A stretch of 64,000 nt of DNA from Candidatus Poseidoniaceae archaeon (GCA_965662895.1 CBFIJH010000010.1:9975-73974), one strand, 5' to 3'. Shown: positions 38,250 through 47,690, numbered from the stretch's first letter. Notes: generated by a model from the sequence alone, not told the origin. Program-made: numbers and translations.

Positions 38250-39398
38250 TCATGATGAGATGTCGTATTTCGTATCGAAATAGTTCGAAATTCCAGGTAT
38301 TGAACCGATGAGTGAACCATATATTCCGAGGTGTGTTTCCGTATCTGCTTGAACCAAACCATTCGTATTGAGGATGTTCGAAAGGATGTAATCGCCACAT
38401 TGTGAGCGAGATGTGTCTTCATCAACGTTGTTCTCATTCACATCAAGGCATCCAGTAACAATGGAATCACCAACGACGCCATCTTCGATGTACGTCTCAT
38501 TGTTGAGTGCAAGTAGGGCATCAAGTACGAGACGTTGCTCATCTTCATCGAGGAAATCAGGATTAAACATAACTGGATGCGAAGGCGCTTGACCATAGGA
38601 CGGTAAGAGGATGTACTCATCCAAACCAAGACACCAATCCTCGTTCGCAGCAGGGTCGTCGAATCCACAATAGGTCGAAACCGATGAATCCTTGACAAAC
38701 GCAACATCACCTGTCCCATCCGACAAACAGTGAAGGGCACCACCATAGGACGAATATGGTGTGCCCGAATCCGGAATGCTTGCATCCTCACTGAAGTACG
38801 AAAAGATGGTTGATCTGAGCGATTCAATGTCATCTTCAGGACCGACAACAGGTGCGTATCCTTCCGAGATAAGGAAACCCATTGGAAGCAACATTCCCGC
38901 CGACTTCAGCCATCCTGTATGGCAAGGCGTTGTTCCTTCCAGTGTTGCAAACGGGTCTGTTGAAGCGTTGTCATCGAGGTAAGCGTTTGCTGCATCTGAA
39001 CCGTTGAGAACAACTGCATGCGCATTGTAATAGCTACGGCCATCGGATTTTGTATCGGCTGCGAGAACTTCCAATCCATATTGTTGCCAACCCATCCATG
39101 CAGCTCCTGCATCCATGAACGCTATATCCGCATGGCCAAAGCGCAATGCTTCAATGATTGCTCCCTCTGAAGTGATCGGATAGAGTTCAACTTCAAGACC
39201 GGTCTGTTCGCTCACAAAATCTGCAAAAATTTGTGGGTTGGCATCGACATTTGTATAGTCGTCTTTTATTTCAAATGCGATTCGGAGGGTTTCAAGTTCG
39301 GAATCTTGACCGTCGTCCCCAATGCAGCCAGCAAGCGATCCTAAAACAATCAAGAAGGCGAGCAGTATCGATATTTTTGCCGTTTTCCACATCATCAC
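38250..39398 (-). CDS. Substrate-binding lipoprotein (PhnD/SsuA/transferrin superfamily) with a complete transferrin-type Fe(III)/carbonate site
   Basis: Lipobox LAGC; motifs MDAG, YYNAHAVV, CHTGWLKSAG, YSSYGGALHCL, GDVAFVK, APSHPV match a transferrin lobe; lacks the PhnD STSG motif. Confidence 0.85.
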   Translation of the reverse strand: MMMWKTAKISILLAFLIVLGSLAGCIGDDGQDSELETLRIAFEIKDDYTNVDANPQIFADFVSEQTGLEVELYPITSEGAIIEALRFGHADIAFMDAGAAWMGWQQYGLEVLAADTKSDGRSYYNAHAVVLNGSDAANAYLDDNASTDPFATLEGTTPCHTGWLKSAGMLLPMGFLISEGYAPVVGPEDDIESLRSTIFSYFSEDASIPDSGTPYSSYGGALHCLSDGTGDVAFVKDSSVSTYCGFDDPAANEDWCLGLDEYILLPSYGQAPSHPVMFNPDFLDEDEQRLVLDALLALNNETYIEDGVVGDSIVTGCLDVNENNVDEDTSRSQCGDYILSNILNTNGLVQADTETHLGIYGSLIGSIPGISNYFDTKYDISS

Positions 39399-39405
39399 CT
39401 CACCG

Positions 39406-39423
39406 TTTTCGGTCGCCCTAAAA
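39406..39423. promoter_or_regulatory. Imperfect DtxR-family-like operator 2 (TTTTCGG-TCGC-CCTAAAA)
   Basis: One mismatch to TTTTAGG-N4-CCTAAAA; lies between the TATA box and the SD of the binding-protein gene. Confidence 0.65.
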
Positions 39424-39430
39424 AACTGAA

Positions 39431-39438
39431 GTATATAA
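39431..39438 (-). promoter_or_regulatory. Archaeal TATA box (TTATATAC on minus strand) for the transferrin-like ABC operon
   Basis: + strand gtatataa, ~35 bp upstream of the start codon. Confidence 0.65.
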
Positions 39439-39456
39439 TTTTAGGGTTCCCTAAAA
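39439..39456. promoter_or_regulatory. Perfect palindrome TTTTAGGG-TT-CCCTAAAA, DtxR-family-like operator 1
   Basis: 8-bp perfect inverted repeat (TTAGG-N4-CCTAA core) abutting the TATA box at the BRE position. Confidence 0.75.
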
Positions 39457-40398
39457 CTACGCATCAATCCACGCATTCACCAAGGATTCTGCGTATGGGT
39501 CCGTGGTGAGACCGTCGTGGAAAGACGGGCGAACAACAACCAGCATCTCGACGGTGCCACCCCAATTCGGTTGCCCGACGACGACAACCTCAGCAACTCT
39601 GGTTCCATCTGGATCTGTTCCTGAAGTGGTGTAACAATCGTACACCCAAACGTTGAGTTCGACATCGCCTGAACTTGGCCGGAACGTATGTGGCTGAGCA
39701 TCCTCTTTTTGATCAAGTCGGAAGGCTTCGCTATCGATACGAATCGGAACGCGCTCATCGACCAAATCGATGGCTAGACGCATTCTTGATTCTTGCATGC
39801 CAAGTAGAGAAGAAATCCAGATTGATGATTCAACTTGGAGGAACGAGTTTTGTTGATGAGGCGTGCGTAAAGAAAGACTCTGAACAACCTCGAAATTTGT
39901 CGGATCTAATGGTTCCACGAAGATCCATGTGTATTGTTCACTGCTTGGCCAAGCAGGTGCATAGGGGTTCTCTGTTGCGAACGGTTCGCCCCATTGTTCT
40001 GGAGCTCTAGGGGATTCAGCAGGTATCAATCCAGAGGCGCCGAGCATCAACAAGACCAACATTCCAGTGATGATTCGCCGATTCCGGAATTCGCTCCAAT
40101 CCATCCTTCCAGCAGGACTTGCGAAGGAGAGCGCAACAACGACTGGGAGAACGACAAGTGTTCCATATGGAACAACGAGCAAAAGAATGAGACTAAGAAA
40201 TGCGTACCTGGTAGTTTTTTCTCCCAAGAACGATGACATCTCGAGAGATTCGTCTTTCACTCGAAGCCGGATGACGCCATATGCGAGGGGAATCGAAACG
40301 AGAATGAGGAGAAAGCCAACTGCATCAAGAGCCACTCCCATGCCGATTGAACGAAAATCAACCATCATATGCGTTTGGGAGTACGCCGTGAAAAACAA
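39457..40398 (-). CDS. Membrane protein, hypothetical (divergent from the ABC-2 exporter)
   Basis: ~3-4 TM segments plus a soluble C-terminal domain; start probably ~40365. Confidence 0.7.
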   Translation of the reverse strand: MFFTAYSQTHMMVDFRSIGMGVALDAVGFLLILVSIPLAYGVIRLRVKDESLEMSSFLGEKTTRYAFLSLILLLVVPYGTLVVLPVVVALSFASPAGRMDWSEFRNRRIITGMLVLLMLGASGLIPAESPRAPEQWGEPFATENPYAPAWPSSEQYTWIFVEPLDPTNFEVVQSLSLRTPHQQNSFLQVESSIWISSLLGMQESRMRLAIDLVDERVPIRIDSEAFRLDQKEDAQPHTFRPSSGDVELNVWVYDCYTTSGTDPDGTRVAEVVVVGQPNWGGTVEMLVVVRPSFHDGLTTDPYAESLVNAWIDA

Positions 40399-40410
40399 AG
40401 CATTTGAGAC

Positions 40411-41442
40411 ATGTGGCTCCTAAGCCGTAGCATGGGGGATGGTATTGCTTTGCAGTTTACCTCCATCGGGTACCGCCATGAAATTTCAGATCCAACATGG
40501 TACGATCCGTTCAAGAAACGCAAAGGGGCAGGCATCTCACATGTCGATTTGTCCATCCACAAGGGAAGTATTGTAGGACTGGTTGGCACAAACGGAGCGG
40601 GAAAAACCACGCTCTTGCGAATGATTTCAGGCATATTACCGCTTGAAGAGGGGAACGCTTCCAAAAACGACCTCCCTCTTGAAGTCGAAACATTACGTTC
40701 AATCGTTGGGTTCATGCCTGAACAAGTTCGCTGGTCAGGCCAACAGACCGTGCGTCAGACAATTATCGAATTCGCACATTTACGTGGCTGCTCAGTCCAA
40801 TCAGCGACGGATGTCCTCAACGTTGTTGGATTAAAGAACCGAGCCGACGTTTCGCTTGATTCACTGAGCCAAGGAATGCGACAACGCCTCTCGCTTGGGG
40901 TCGCATTGCTCGGGTCGCCTGAACTCCTCGTACTTGACGAACCGTTTAACGGAATGGATCCAGTGGCGATTGATGCGTTCAAACGATTGTTACGAACCAT
41001 GGCGAAAAAAGGGATATCCATCGCCATTTCAAGCCACCACTTGACCGAATTGGATGGTCTCGTGGATACGATTGCTTTGCTTCATCGTGGCCAATTGTTG
41101 GCCCATGAAACGGTTGAATCGCTTCAACAATCGCTTGGTTTTGATCGTGTGACTGAACTGGTTCTTGATAGAAAAATCCCATCCGAAATGGAGAATACAC
41201 TGAATGTACTCGATTACAGCGAGACTACAAAGCAGCATCGCTACATCATCAAGTCAGCACATCCAGAACTTCTCAACCAATTGGTGGAAGATGGTTTTCA
41301 TATCTCCACATGGCGGGTTGTTCCTCCAACACTGATTGAATTGCTCTGTGCTGCAACCGGACTTGATCGAGAATCGATTGGCATGGATGTTGAACAAAGC
41401 AGTATGATTCCATTGAGGCCCGTCGGAGGTGAAGAAGAATGA
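40411..41442 (+). CDS. ABC transporter ATP-binding protein (ABC-2 export type)
   Basis: GTNGAGKTT, LSQGMRQR, LVLDEPFNGMDP, SSHHL. Confidence 0.92.
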   Translation: MWLLSRSMGDGIALQFTSIGYRHEISDPTWYDPFKKRKGAGISHVDLSIHKGSIVGLVGTNGAGKTTLLRMISGILPLEEGNASKNDLPLEVETLRSIVGFMPEQVRWSGQQTVRQTIIEFAHLRGCSVQSATDVLNVVGLKNRADVSLDSLSQGMRQRLSLGVALLGSPELLVLDEPFNGMDPVAIDAFKRLLRTMAKKGISIAISSHHLTELDGLVDTIALLHRGQLLAHETVESLQQSLGFDRVTELVLDRKIPSEMENTLNVLDYSETTKQHRYIIKSAHPELLNQLVEDGFHISTWRVVPPTLIELLCAATGLDRESIGMDVEQSSMIPLRPVGGEEE

Positions 41443-42269
41443 CCCCCACGAAACGGATGTTTTCCCTCACCTATGCGCTGGCAAGGGAGCGTTTCTTCTC
41501 AACACGGATGCTCATCATGTTGCCGATTCTTCTCCTCTTTATTCCTGGGATGGCTTGGGGATTTTCGGACCCAAACATCCAACTGCCTGCGGATCAAATC
41601 CCTGAAAATGCGACGGAAACGATGTTCCTTGCAAGCATAGGCATTGTGTTCGCAGGAACGATGGCTGCGGTTCTGATCGCACATGATGGCATAAGTCGAG
41701 ATCGAGCAAGTGGTGTCCTCGAAATCCGCCTCTCGCAACCTATGCCTCGTTGGCGACAGGGATTCACTTTGATTGCAGGCCACTGGATGAGTATTGCAGC
41801 CCCCGTAACGGGACTTCTTGTCATCTCAATGCTTCTCGTTGGCTACCGTAGTGGAATGTACATCCCACTTCTTGATGCTGTCGTCTACATCGTCGCAGCA
41901 ATGTTGATCTTGCTGTGGTACACGGTATTTGCTCTACTTGCCTCAAGTATTGCAAGAGAGCAGGGTTCAGCAATCGCTTTCTCGATTGGGCTTTGGTTTC
42001 TTTTTACATTACTATGGGTTCTTTTCACAACACTTCTCGCAGCCCTCAATGGCGTACCTGTAGGGGACAGTCAAGACCAGAGTTTCCTCGCATTTGAGGG
42101 TCGATTGGACCTTCTTTCTCCAAATGGTGTGTATCATCACCTGCTTGAGACCCGTTTGGATGGCGTGGAACGTGGCGTCTCCGCCTTCGGAGCCTACATT
42201 GCTGCTGTCCTTTGGACACTACTTCCACTTTACTTCTTCCAGCGAAGGATGAATCGGCTCGTTCCATGA
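41439..42269 (+). CDS. ABC-2 type permease (NosY-like)
   Basis: DGISRDRASGVLEIRLSQP motif, ~6 TM segments, ATGA overlap. Confidence 0.85.
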   Translation: MTPTKRMFSLTYALARERFFSTRMLIMLPILLLFIPGMAWGFSDPNIQLPADQIPENATETMFLASIGIVFAGTMAAVLIAHDGISRDRASGVLEIRLSQPMPRWRQGFTLIAGHWMSIAAPVTGLLVISMLLVGYRSGMYIPLLDAVVYIVAAMLILLWYTVFALLASSIAREQGSAIAFSIGLWFLFTLLWVLFTTLLAALNGVPVGDSQDQSFLAFEGRLDLLSPNGVYHHLLETRLDGVERGVSAFGAYIAAVLWTLLPLYFFQRRMNRLVP

Positions 42270-42315
42270 CGATTCGTAACCAAGCATTGATGAACAAAGT
42301 CGTTGTCGTACAACC

Positions 42316-44232
42316 ATGATACCAGTTCTCATCATGATGCTCCTTGCTCTAATGAGCCCATCGATTGAAATGTCCACTTTGGAAGATGGCGACGCTGTAC
42401 AAAACACATCCGGACGTCAAGGAAGTCTCGATGTTGATTGCAGTGGATACACATTTGAGGACCTGTTTGAATACAATTTTGCGCTCTTCACTCTTGACGT
42501 CAACGACGATTGGGCGACTGGCGTAATGGATGCGAAAGCCTGGGTCAACGGGAGTAAATCTGCCATTGTACGAGATAACCTCGACAGCCTCTTCGAAGGC
42601 GTTCCCGGTGGCGATGATGACTGGATTTCCACCGACGAGCGAGAGGCAGTACGCCAGATTGGCCCGAGATGTATTGCTGACATGGAAACACGGCTTGGAA
42701 TCCGTGAGGGGCCATCTCATCGAGGCAATGTCGATTGGAATGACCTTGAGTTCGTTGAAGACGGTATTGCACTTGACGAAGTAAACCTCGTTCCTGCAGG
42801 ACACGAGCAAGAACGAGATTGTACTGCCCTACTTTCCGATGATGGATGCAAAGAGGTTCCAGTATCCATAACAGATGATCTTGAGATTCATCTCCTCCTT
42901 GCAGACGATCAAAACAACAACGTGCGATTTGACCAACTTCCGAATCAAGGGAGTTCGAATTTTACGCTTGCGATGAACATTACCAACATTACCGACGCAC
43001 GATTGGTCATGACCTTCCCTGTTCAGCAAGGCCTTCGAGTTGCCGAAATGGGTTTCTTTGATGACGGAGTGCTCAACGAAAACCTTGCAGCTCCTGTTAG
43101 CGAATTCCTTCCTGATGGAAGACTACGTATCGTAGCGGATGTTGATTACCCTCTTGGCTCCTATCCAATGATACGAAATCTCTTCGTTGACTTTACAACA
43201 ATGGCGCCATTCACGAACGATAACCCAGTGTGGAGTGCTACGGCTCCTGCCGATGGGACAATCATCCCTGTCGGAACAACCAATGGCGAGATGCTTGCAA
43301 CTGAAGCTGCAGGCATGTGGGTGATCGATGAAAGTGGTTGGAGTTTGCAATGCGACTTCGCAGATGCAGGTTGGGATGTTCGAATGGATGAAAATGCCGC
43401 ACTGTTCGTAACGGCAAACGGTGATTCAGCCGTAGCCCAATGCGCAGGTGTTGATGCGTATGGTGCCGAAACAGAAGAACATCGGAACTACACGTTTGGC
43501 AAAGTGATGGACGCGAGTGCAGTCTTGTCAACCGATGGAGATGTCATTGAGTTTTCGCCAACCTCGACAGGTCTTGTTCCCAGCGTGACCGTAACGGCAC
43601 ATGCTCACCAGATGTCAAAGACAGGACCTGATGCAACCGCTGTTGCAAATGCGAACGGTGTGGTCATGGAACTGTCCATGTCTGGTCTTTCACCCGGAGA
43701 TGTCATGATCATGGGCACGGCTACCGCAAATGGTATGCTTGACTACAACTTCATGCTCGACTTAGGAATCGAAAAAATGAACAAACCTCCTGCCATTACC
43801 ATCAACACAAACCTTCAGGGAGAAGAAGCTGAATGGGAACTCGATGGATTGAAGTTTACACTCAATGGAAATGTGATTGATCCAGACGGCCAGGACGTAA
43901 CCATGACGCTCAGTATTTGCAACGGTCAAACTTCGAATTTCAATCGAGACAATCTTGCATGGGAAATTCAAGTTTCGATTGCAAATTGCATCCAGAATAA
44001 TGTTGAATCACCATACACAGTTACCATCATCGCAGAGGATGAGTCACTGGAAAAAACCACCCTCACCATCGAAGTTGCTGATCCAAACACAGGAGGCAGT
44101 GATGCGAGCGATGACTCAAGCAATTCCGATACTGATGCAGAGGGGGGTAACATCCTCCCTGCACCGGGATTAATTGCAACCCTCATGATTGGATTTTTAG
44201 CGGCAGGATGGGTTTCATCCCGCCGAACTTGA
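42316..44232 (+). CDS. Secreted acidic Ig-like surface protein with C-terminal LPAPG-TM-RR sorting-like signal
   Basis: Signal peptide; NDNPVW and NKPPAI...DPDG Ig/cadherin-like starts; S/D linker + LPAPG + TM + SRR. Confidence 0.78.
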   Translation: MIPVLIMMLLALMSPSIEMSTLEDGDAVQNTSGRQGSLDVDCSGYTFEDLFEYNFALFTLDVNDDWATGVMDAKAWVNGSKSAIVRDNLDSLFEGVPGGDDDWISTDEREAVRQIGPRCIADMETRLGIREGPSHRGNVDWNDLEFVEDGIALDEVNLVPAGHEQERDCTALLSDDGCKEVPVSITDDLEIHLLLADDQNNNVRFDQLPNQGSSNFTLAMNITNITDARLVMTFPVQQGLRVAEMGFFDDGVLNENLAAPVSEFLPDGRLRIVADVDYPLGSYPMIRNLFVDFTTMAPFTNDNPVWSATAPADGTIIPVGTTNGEMLATEAAGMWVIDESGWSLQCDFADAGWDVRMDENAALFVTANGDSAVAQCAGVDAYGAETEEHRNYTFGKVMDASAVLSTDGDVIEFSPTSTGLVPSVTVTAHAHQMSKTGPDATAVANANGVVMELSMSGLSPGDVMIMGTATANGMLDYNFMLDLGIEKMNKPPAITINTNLQGEEAEWELDGLKFTLNGNVIDPDGQDVTMTLSICNGQTSNFNRDNLAWEIQVSIANCIQNNVESPYTVTIIAEDESLEKTTLTIEVADPNTGGSDASDDSSNSDTDAEGGNILPAPGLIATLMIGFLAAGWVSSRRT

Positions 44233-44269
44233 CCAACAGACTCAAACATGGTTGGCAGACAGAGCGGGA

Positions 44270-45238
44270 ATGAGGGCTATGTTTCGAGGCACTGTTGACC
44301 GCTCAAGCCATGAAGGTGGCCTCCTCGTGAAATTCAGTGGTTCATCACCCGCTCTCGGATCAATTATCGTTCGTGAAGAGGATGGCCATTACATTGGCAA
44401 AATTGATGCTGTTCTCGGTTCAACAGACTCACCATTAGCGCATGTTGCTCACCTCGATCGTAAGCAGGACAATGCATCCTTCTTGGGTTCAACTGTCATC
44501 GTTCGAGCCAAGAAAGAACGTGAAGAACGCCCTCCTCGTCATGAGCAACGAAACGATCGTCGACAAGAACGAAATGAGCGTTCCTTTGACCGTCGAGATG
44601 GCCGTTCAAGAAATGACGCTCAAAAAGACGATTGGGTATGTGCATCGTGTGAAAATGTCAACTTCTCATGGAGAAAGGAATGCAACAGTTGCGGTAAATC
44701 CAAAGATGGTAATGTGAAAGAATACAAGTCATCGTTCAGAAATGACAACCATTCCAACAATCGCCGTGAACGGCCTCGTCAGGAAAACCATGGCCGGAAC
44801 GACTGGGAATGCCCTGCATGCAACAATATCAATTTCTCATTCCGAACGGAATGCAACAAATGTGGAAAACCGAAACCAGGGGGTCGAGGCGGTGGACATT
44901 CACGTGGAGGACGTGATTCCAACCGTCGTGGTGGTTTCCGTGGAGGACGTGATTCTAACCGACGTGGTGGAAACCGAGACAGAGGGCGAAACTTTGGAGG
45001 AAATCGAGACGGTCGTGATTCCGACCGTCGTGGTGGAAACCGAGACAGAGGGCGAAACTCTGGAGAAAACAGAGGTGATCGAGATTCAGGACGAGGTCGG
45101 TCAAATCGTGATCGTGACAATCAACGTCCGAATGAGCGCTATCGAAAGGCTCGAGGAAAGCGACCTGGACATGCACACAATCGAGGTCCACAACCTATCC
45201 GGCCGCGGCGATATCAACGAAGAGATCAAGACGATTGA
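44270..45238 (+). CDS. Gar1/Naf1-like domain + two RanBP2-type zinc fingers + RGG/RD-rich disordered tail (putative RNA-binding protein)
   Basis: N-terminal GTV...GLLVK...PALGSIIV...[18 protein letters not shown]...LGSTVIV resembles archaeal Gar1; two W-x-C-x2-C-x3-N-F-x2-R-x2-C-x2-C fingers; RGG repeats. Confidence 0.82.
   Translation: MRAMFRGTVDRSSHEGGLLVKFSGSSPALGSIIVREEDGHYIGKIDAVLGSTDSPLAHVAHLDRKQDNASFLGSTVIVRAKKEREERPPRHEQRNDRRQERNERSFDRRDGRSRNDAQKDDWVCASCENVNFSWRKECNSCGKSKDGNVKEYKSSFRNDNHSNNRRERPRQENHGRNDWECPACNNINFSFRTECNKCGKPKPGGRGGGHSRGGRDSNRRGGFRGGRDSNRRGGNRDRGRNFGGNRDGRDSDRRGGNRDRGRNSGENRGDRDSGRGRSNRDRDNQRPNERYRKARGKRPGHAHNRGPQPIRPRRYQRRDQDD
44904..45090 (+). repeat. Coding tandem repeats: 36-bp [10 protein letters not shown] unit x2 and 66-bp [11 protein letters not shown] unit x2
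   Basis: cgtggtggaaaccgagacagagggcgaaact at ~44963 and ~45029; ggaggacgtgatt at ~44906 and ~44942. Confidence 0.8.
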
Positions 45239-45249
45239 GGTGAAAAAAC

Positions 45250-46287
45250 GTGACAGCAGAATCACACTATCTCGATGCACTCGAAGCACTGGAAGCGGAT
45301 GAACGAGATGAAGCATTGAAGCATGCTCGAAAAGCTGTCAAGCTCGATTCGGAGCATGCTGATGCTTGGAGAATCATCTCTGATGCAAGCCTTCCTGGTC
45401 AACGGAAACAGCCAACACTGAAGCAGGCGGCTTCTTCTCTTTCTGCCGCAAAAAAAGTTGTCGCCCTTCAACCTGATGATTTGGCTATGTGGGTTCGCGG
45501 TGGGCGTTTGCTCTCAGATGAACTTGGCCTGTATATGGACGCCCTTCAGTGGTGGCAGGATGCTCGACATCATGCACCTGACGAAGTAACACCCATCGTT
45601 GAGCAAGCAGCAATATTGGCAGATATGGGACTTTACGGAGAAGCGAGTGAACGACTTCAATCCATCTTCGATGAGAATATGGATCTTGCTACAACACAAT
45701 ACGCACGGGTCGCTCGTTTGCATCAAATGTGTCAATTGGCCAGTGAGCAACCCTCCTCTGAGCACTTCAAACCGTGGGAAAAGCATCACGATGGTTGGGA
45801 AGCAATCAAATTGCGAATGAACAAACCTCCGATTAGTGAATCGAAGATTTTCCTTCTTGTTACAACACCTATTCTGATGCTTGAAGTCATCATGGCGCCT
45901 CAAGTCTTTGGTTCGAGTTTTGGAGGATTCTGTTTAACATCCGCACTTATTTTGTTCACGGTTATCATCGGAATGCGAATCTCACGACGATGGTTCCAAC
46001 GACTGAATCGTCCTGCATTCAATCTCCTACGGGCCATGGACTTCGAAACCGCAACCGGATACGTCGTCATTCCTGAAGAAATCCGTATCTCCAAACTGTC
46101 CATGTTTATCTTGAGCAGAAGACCACCTGCGTTTCAAGAACGCATGCTGAAGATTGTAGAATCGAAAGAGACATTCAAGGGAGATTGGAAACCAAAACTC
46201 CCCGATTTTTCTTCCCATATTACGGATATGGAACCTTTCTGGGAAGAAGACTCTGAGGATGAACTCAGTTCATTCGAAGAGGAATAA
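45250..46287 (+). CDS. TPR-containing membrane protein
   Basis: TPR-like helices (ALKHARKAVKLDSEHADAW; VVALQPDD), two TM segments, acidic C-terminus. Confidence 0.72.
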   Translation: MTAESHYLDALEALEADERDEALKHARKAVKLDSEHADAWRIISDASLPGQRKQPTLKQAASSLSAAKKVVALQPDDLAMWVRGGRLLSDELGLYMDALQWWQDARHHAPDEVTPIVEQAAILADMGLYGEASERLQSIFDENMDLATTQYARVARLHQMCQLASEQPSSEHFKPWEKHHDGWEAIKLRMNKPPISESKIFLLVTTPILMLEVIMAPQVFGSSFGGFCLTSALILFTVIIGMRISRRWFQRLNRPAFNLLRAMDFETATGYVVIPEEIRISKLSMFILSRRPPAFQERMLKIVESKETFKGDWKPKLPDFSSHITDMEPFWEEDSEDELSSFEEE

Positions 46288-46313
46288 TCCTCTCATGCTT
46301 TGGTTGCTCGCAT

Positions 46314-47561
46314 TCAGAGCGCAGCTTGGAATGCATCGATGACTTCTTGTTTTAGTTTCTCCCAAGGAAAGGTCGCTCCCGAAGGTTGACGGCCGAAGTG
46401 ACCACCTGCAGCAGTAACACCGTAGATAGGTGCTGCGAGCCCGAGATCACGAATGATATGCCCCGGTTTGAACGAAAAGTGCGCATCAACAAGTTGAGCG
46501 ATGGCATCGTCTGAGATTCTACCACTTCCAAAGGTGTCAACACGGATACTAACAGGGTCTGCAACACCAATCGCATAAGCCAGTTGAATCTCGCATTCTG
46601 TCGATAGCCCTGCGGCTACGACGTGTTTCGCTGCCCAGCGGGCAGCATAAGCAGCAGAACGATCGACCTTTGTCGGGTCCTTGCCAGAAAACGCTCCACC
46701 ACCATGCCGTCCACGACCACCGTACGTATCGACAATGATTTTTCGTCCAGTTAGGCCTGCATCTGCATAAGGACCACCTGGATCTGCGAACCGACCGGTT
46801 GAATTTACGTGAATTGTCGTCTTCTCTTCAAGGATGAGAGTTGATGGGACAACAGGTTCGATGATGTGTTGAATGACTTGTTCACGTATCCAAGCCTGTT
46901 CTGCCTGCTCTGAGCCAAATTCTGCAATCATATCTTGATGCTGAACTGCAATAACGATGTTATCGGCATAAAGCGGTTGACCGTCCGTGCCATGCATCAG
47001 TGTCACCTGAGATTTCGCATCAGGTCGAGCCCATGGAAGTGTTCCATCGAGACCCGCTTTGCTCACTTTACGAGTTAACGCTTGAGAGAGTGCAATAGCC
47101 AAAGGCATCCAACGTCCTTGATGTTCGGGATAAGATTCGGTCTCATCGCATGCATAACCGAACATGAGTCCTTGATCGCCAGCACCTTGCTCATCAATGG
47201 ACTGAACAACACCACGGTTGATATGAGCAGATTGATTTGTGATTAATTCCGTCACCTCGCACAGTTCTTCTGATGTTGCATCCATACCAATACTGTGCGA
47301 TGTGTATCCAATGTTGGCTGCAGTTTTTCGGGCGATGGCGACATAATCTGGAGCATCGATACCGGTTGCAAGTTTCACCTCACCAGCAAGCACAATGTGT
47401 GAACGATCTTCTCGACCTTTTACGAGAGTTTCAACAGCAACCTTCGCTTTTGGGTCAAGTGAGAGACAAGCATCAACAATGGCATCAGAAATAGCATCGC
47501 ATAATTTGTCAGGGTGGCCTGCAGCCACTGACTCAGAGGTAAACAACCAGTTTTGTGCCAT
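46314..47561 (-). CDS. metK: S-adenosylmethionine synthetase (bacterial/eukaryotic type)
   Basis: FTSESVAAGHPDK, GAGDQGLMFG, PDAKSQV, DAGLTGRKIIVDTYGG, HGGGAFSGKDPTKVDRS. Confidence 0.96.
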   Translation of the reverse strand: MAQNWLFTSESVAAGHPDKLCDAISDAIVDACLSLDPKAKVAVETLVKGREDRSHIVLAGEVKLATGIDAPDYVAIARKTAANIGYTSHSIGMDATSEELCEVTELITNQSAHINRGVVQSIDEQGAGDQGLMFGYACDETESYPEHQGRWMPLAIALSQALTRKVSKAGLDGTLPWARPDAKSQVTLMHGTDGQPLYADNIVIAVQHQDMIAEFGSEQAEQAWIREQVIQHIIEPVVPSTLILEEKTTIHVNSTGRFADPGGPYADAGLTGRKIIVDTYGGRGRHGGGAFSGKDPTKVDRSAAYAARWAAKHVVAAGLSTECEIQLAYAIGVADPVSIRVDTFGSGRISDDAIAQLVDAHFSFKPGHIIRDLGLAAPIYGVTAAGGHFGRQPSGATFPWEKLKQEVIDAFQAAL

Positions 47562-47621
47562 AAATGGCCCCTATCCCATCCGCTATTCAAGACTTGCTGT
47601 AGGTGTACTCTTCGATACTGC

Positions 47622-47660
47622 TCCACATCCAGGATGAATCCAAACTTCATCGGATGCGGA
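47622..47660 (-). other. Stem-loop in the ahcY-metK intergenic region (terminator or processing element?)
   Basis: Minus strand TCCGCATCC-GATGAA-gtttgga-TTCATC-ct-GGATGTGGA: 15-bp stem with a 2-nt bulge and one G-U pair. Confidence 0.5.
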
Positions 47661-47690
47661 TTGATGGTAGGTTCGGACAACAACTGAACA

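Noticed and set aside
36683-39398. Plain phosphonate/phosphite transporter phnDCE
   Set aside because: The permease and ATPase do belong to that family, but the binding protein lacks STSG, has transferrin ligands and sits behind metal-repressor-like boxes. Disfavoured, not experimentally excluded.
44900-45100. Possible CRISPR or non-coding repeat array
   Set aside because: Units are multiples of 3 (36 and 66 bp), only two copies each, in frame within the RGG tail, and no cas genes are present.
47562-47690. SAM or SAH riboswitch upstream of metK
   Set aside because: No recognisable SAM-I/II/V, SAM-SAH or SAH consensus; only a simple hairpin, reported at low confidence.
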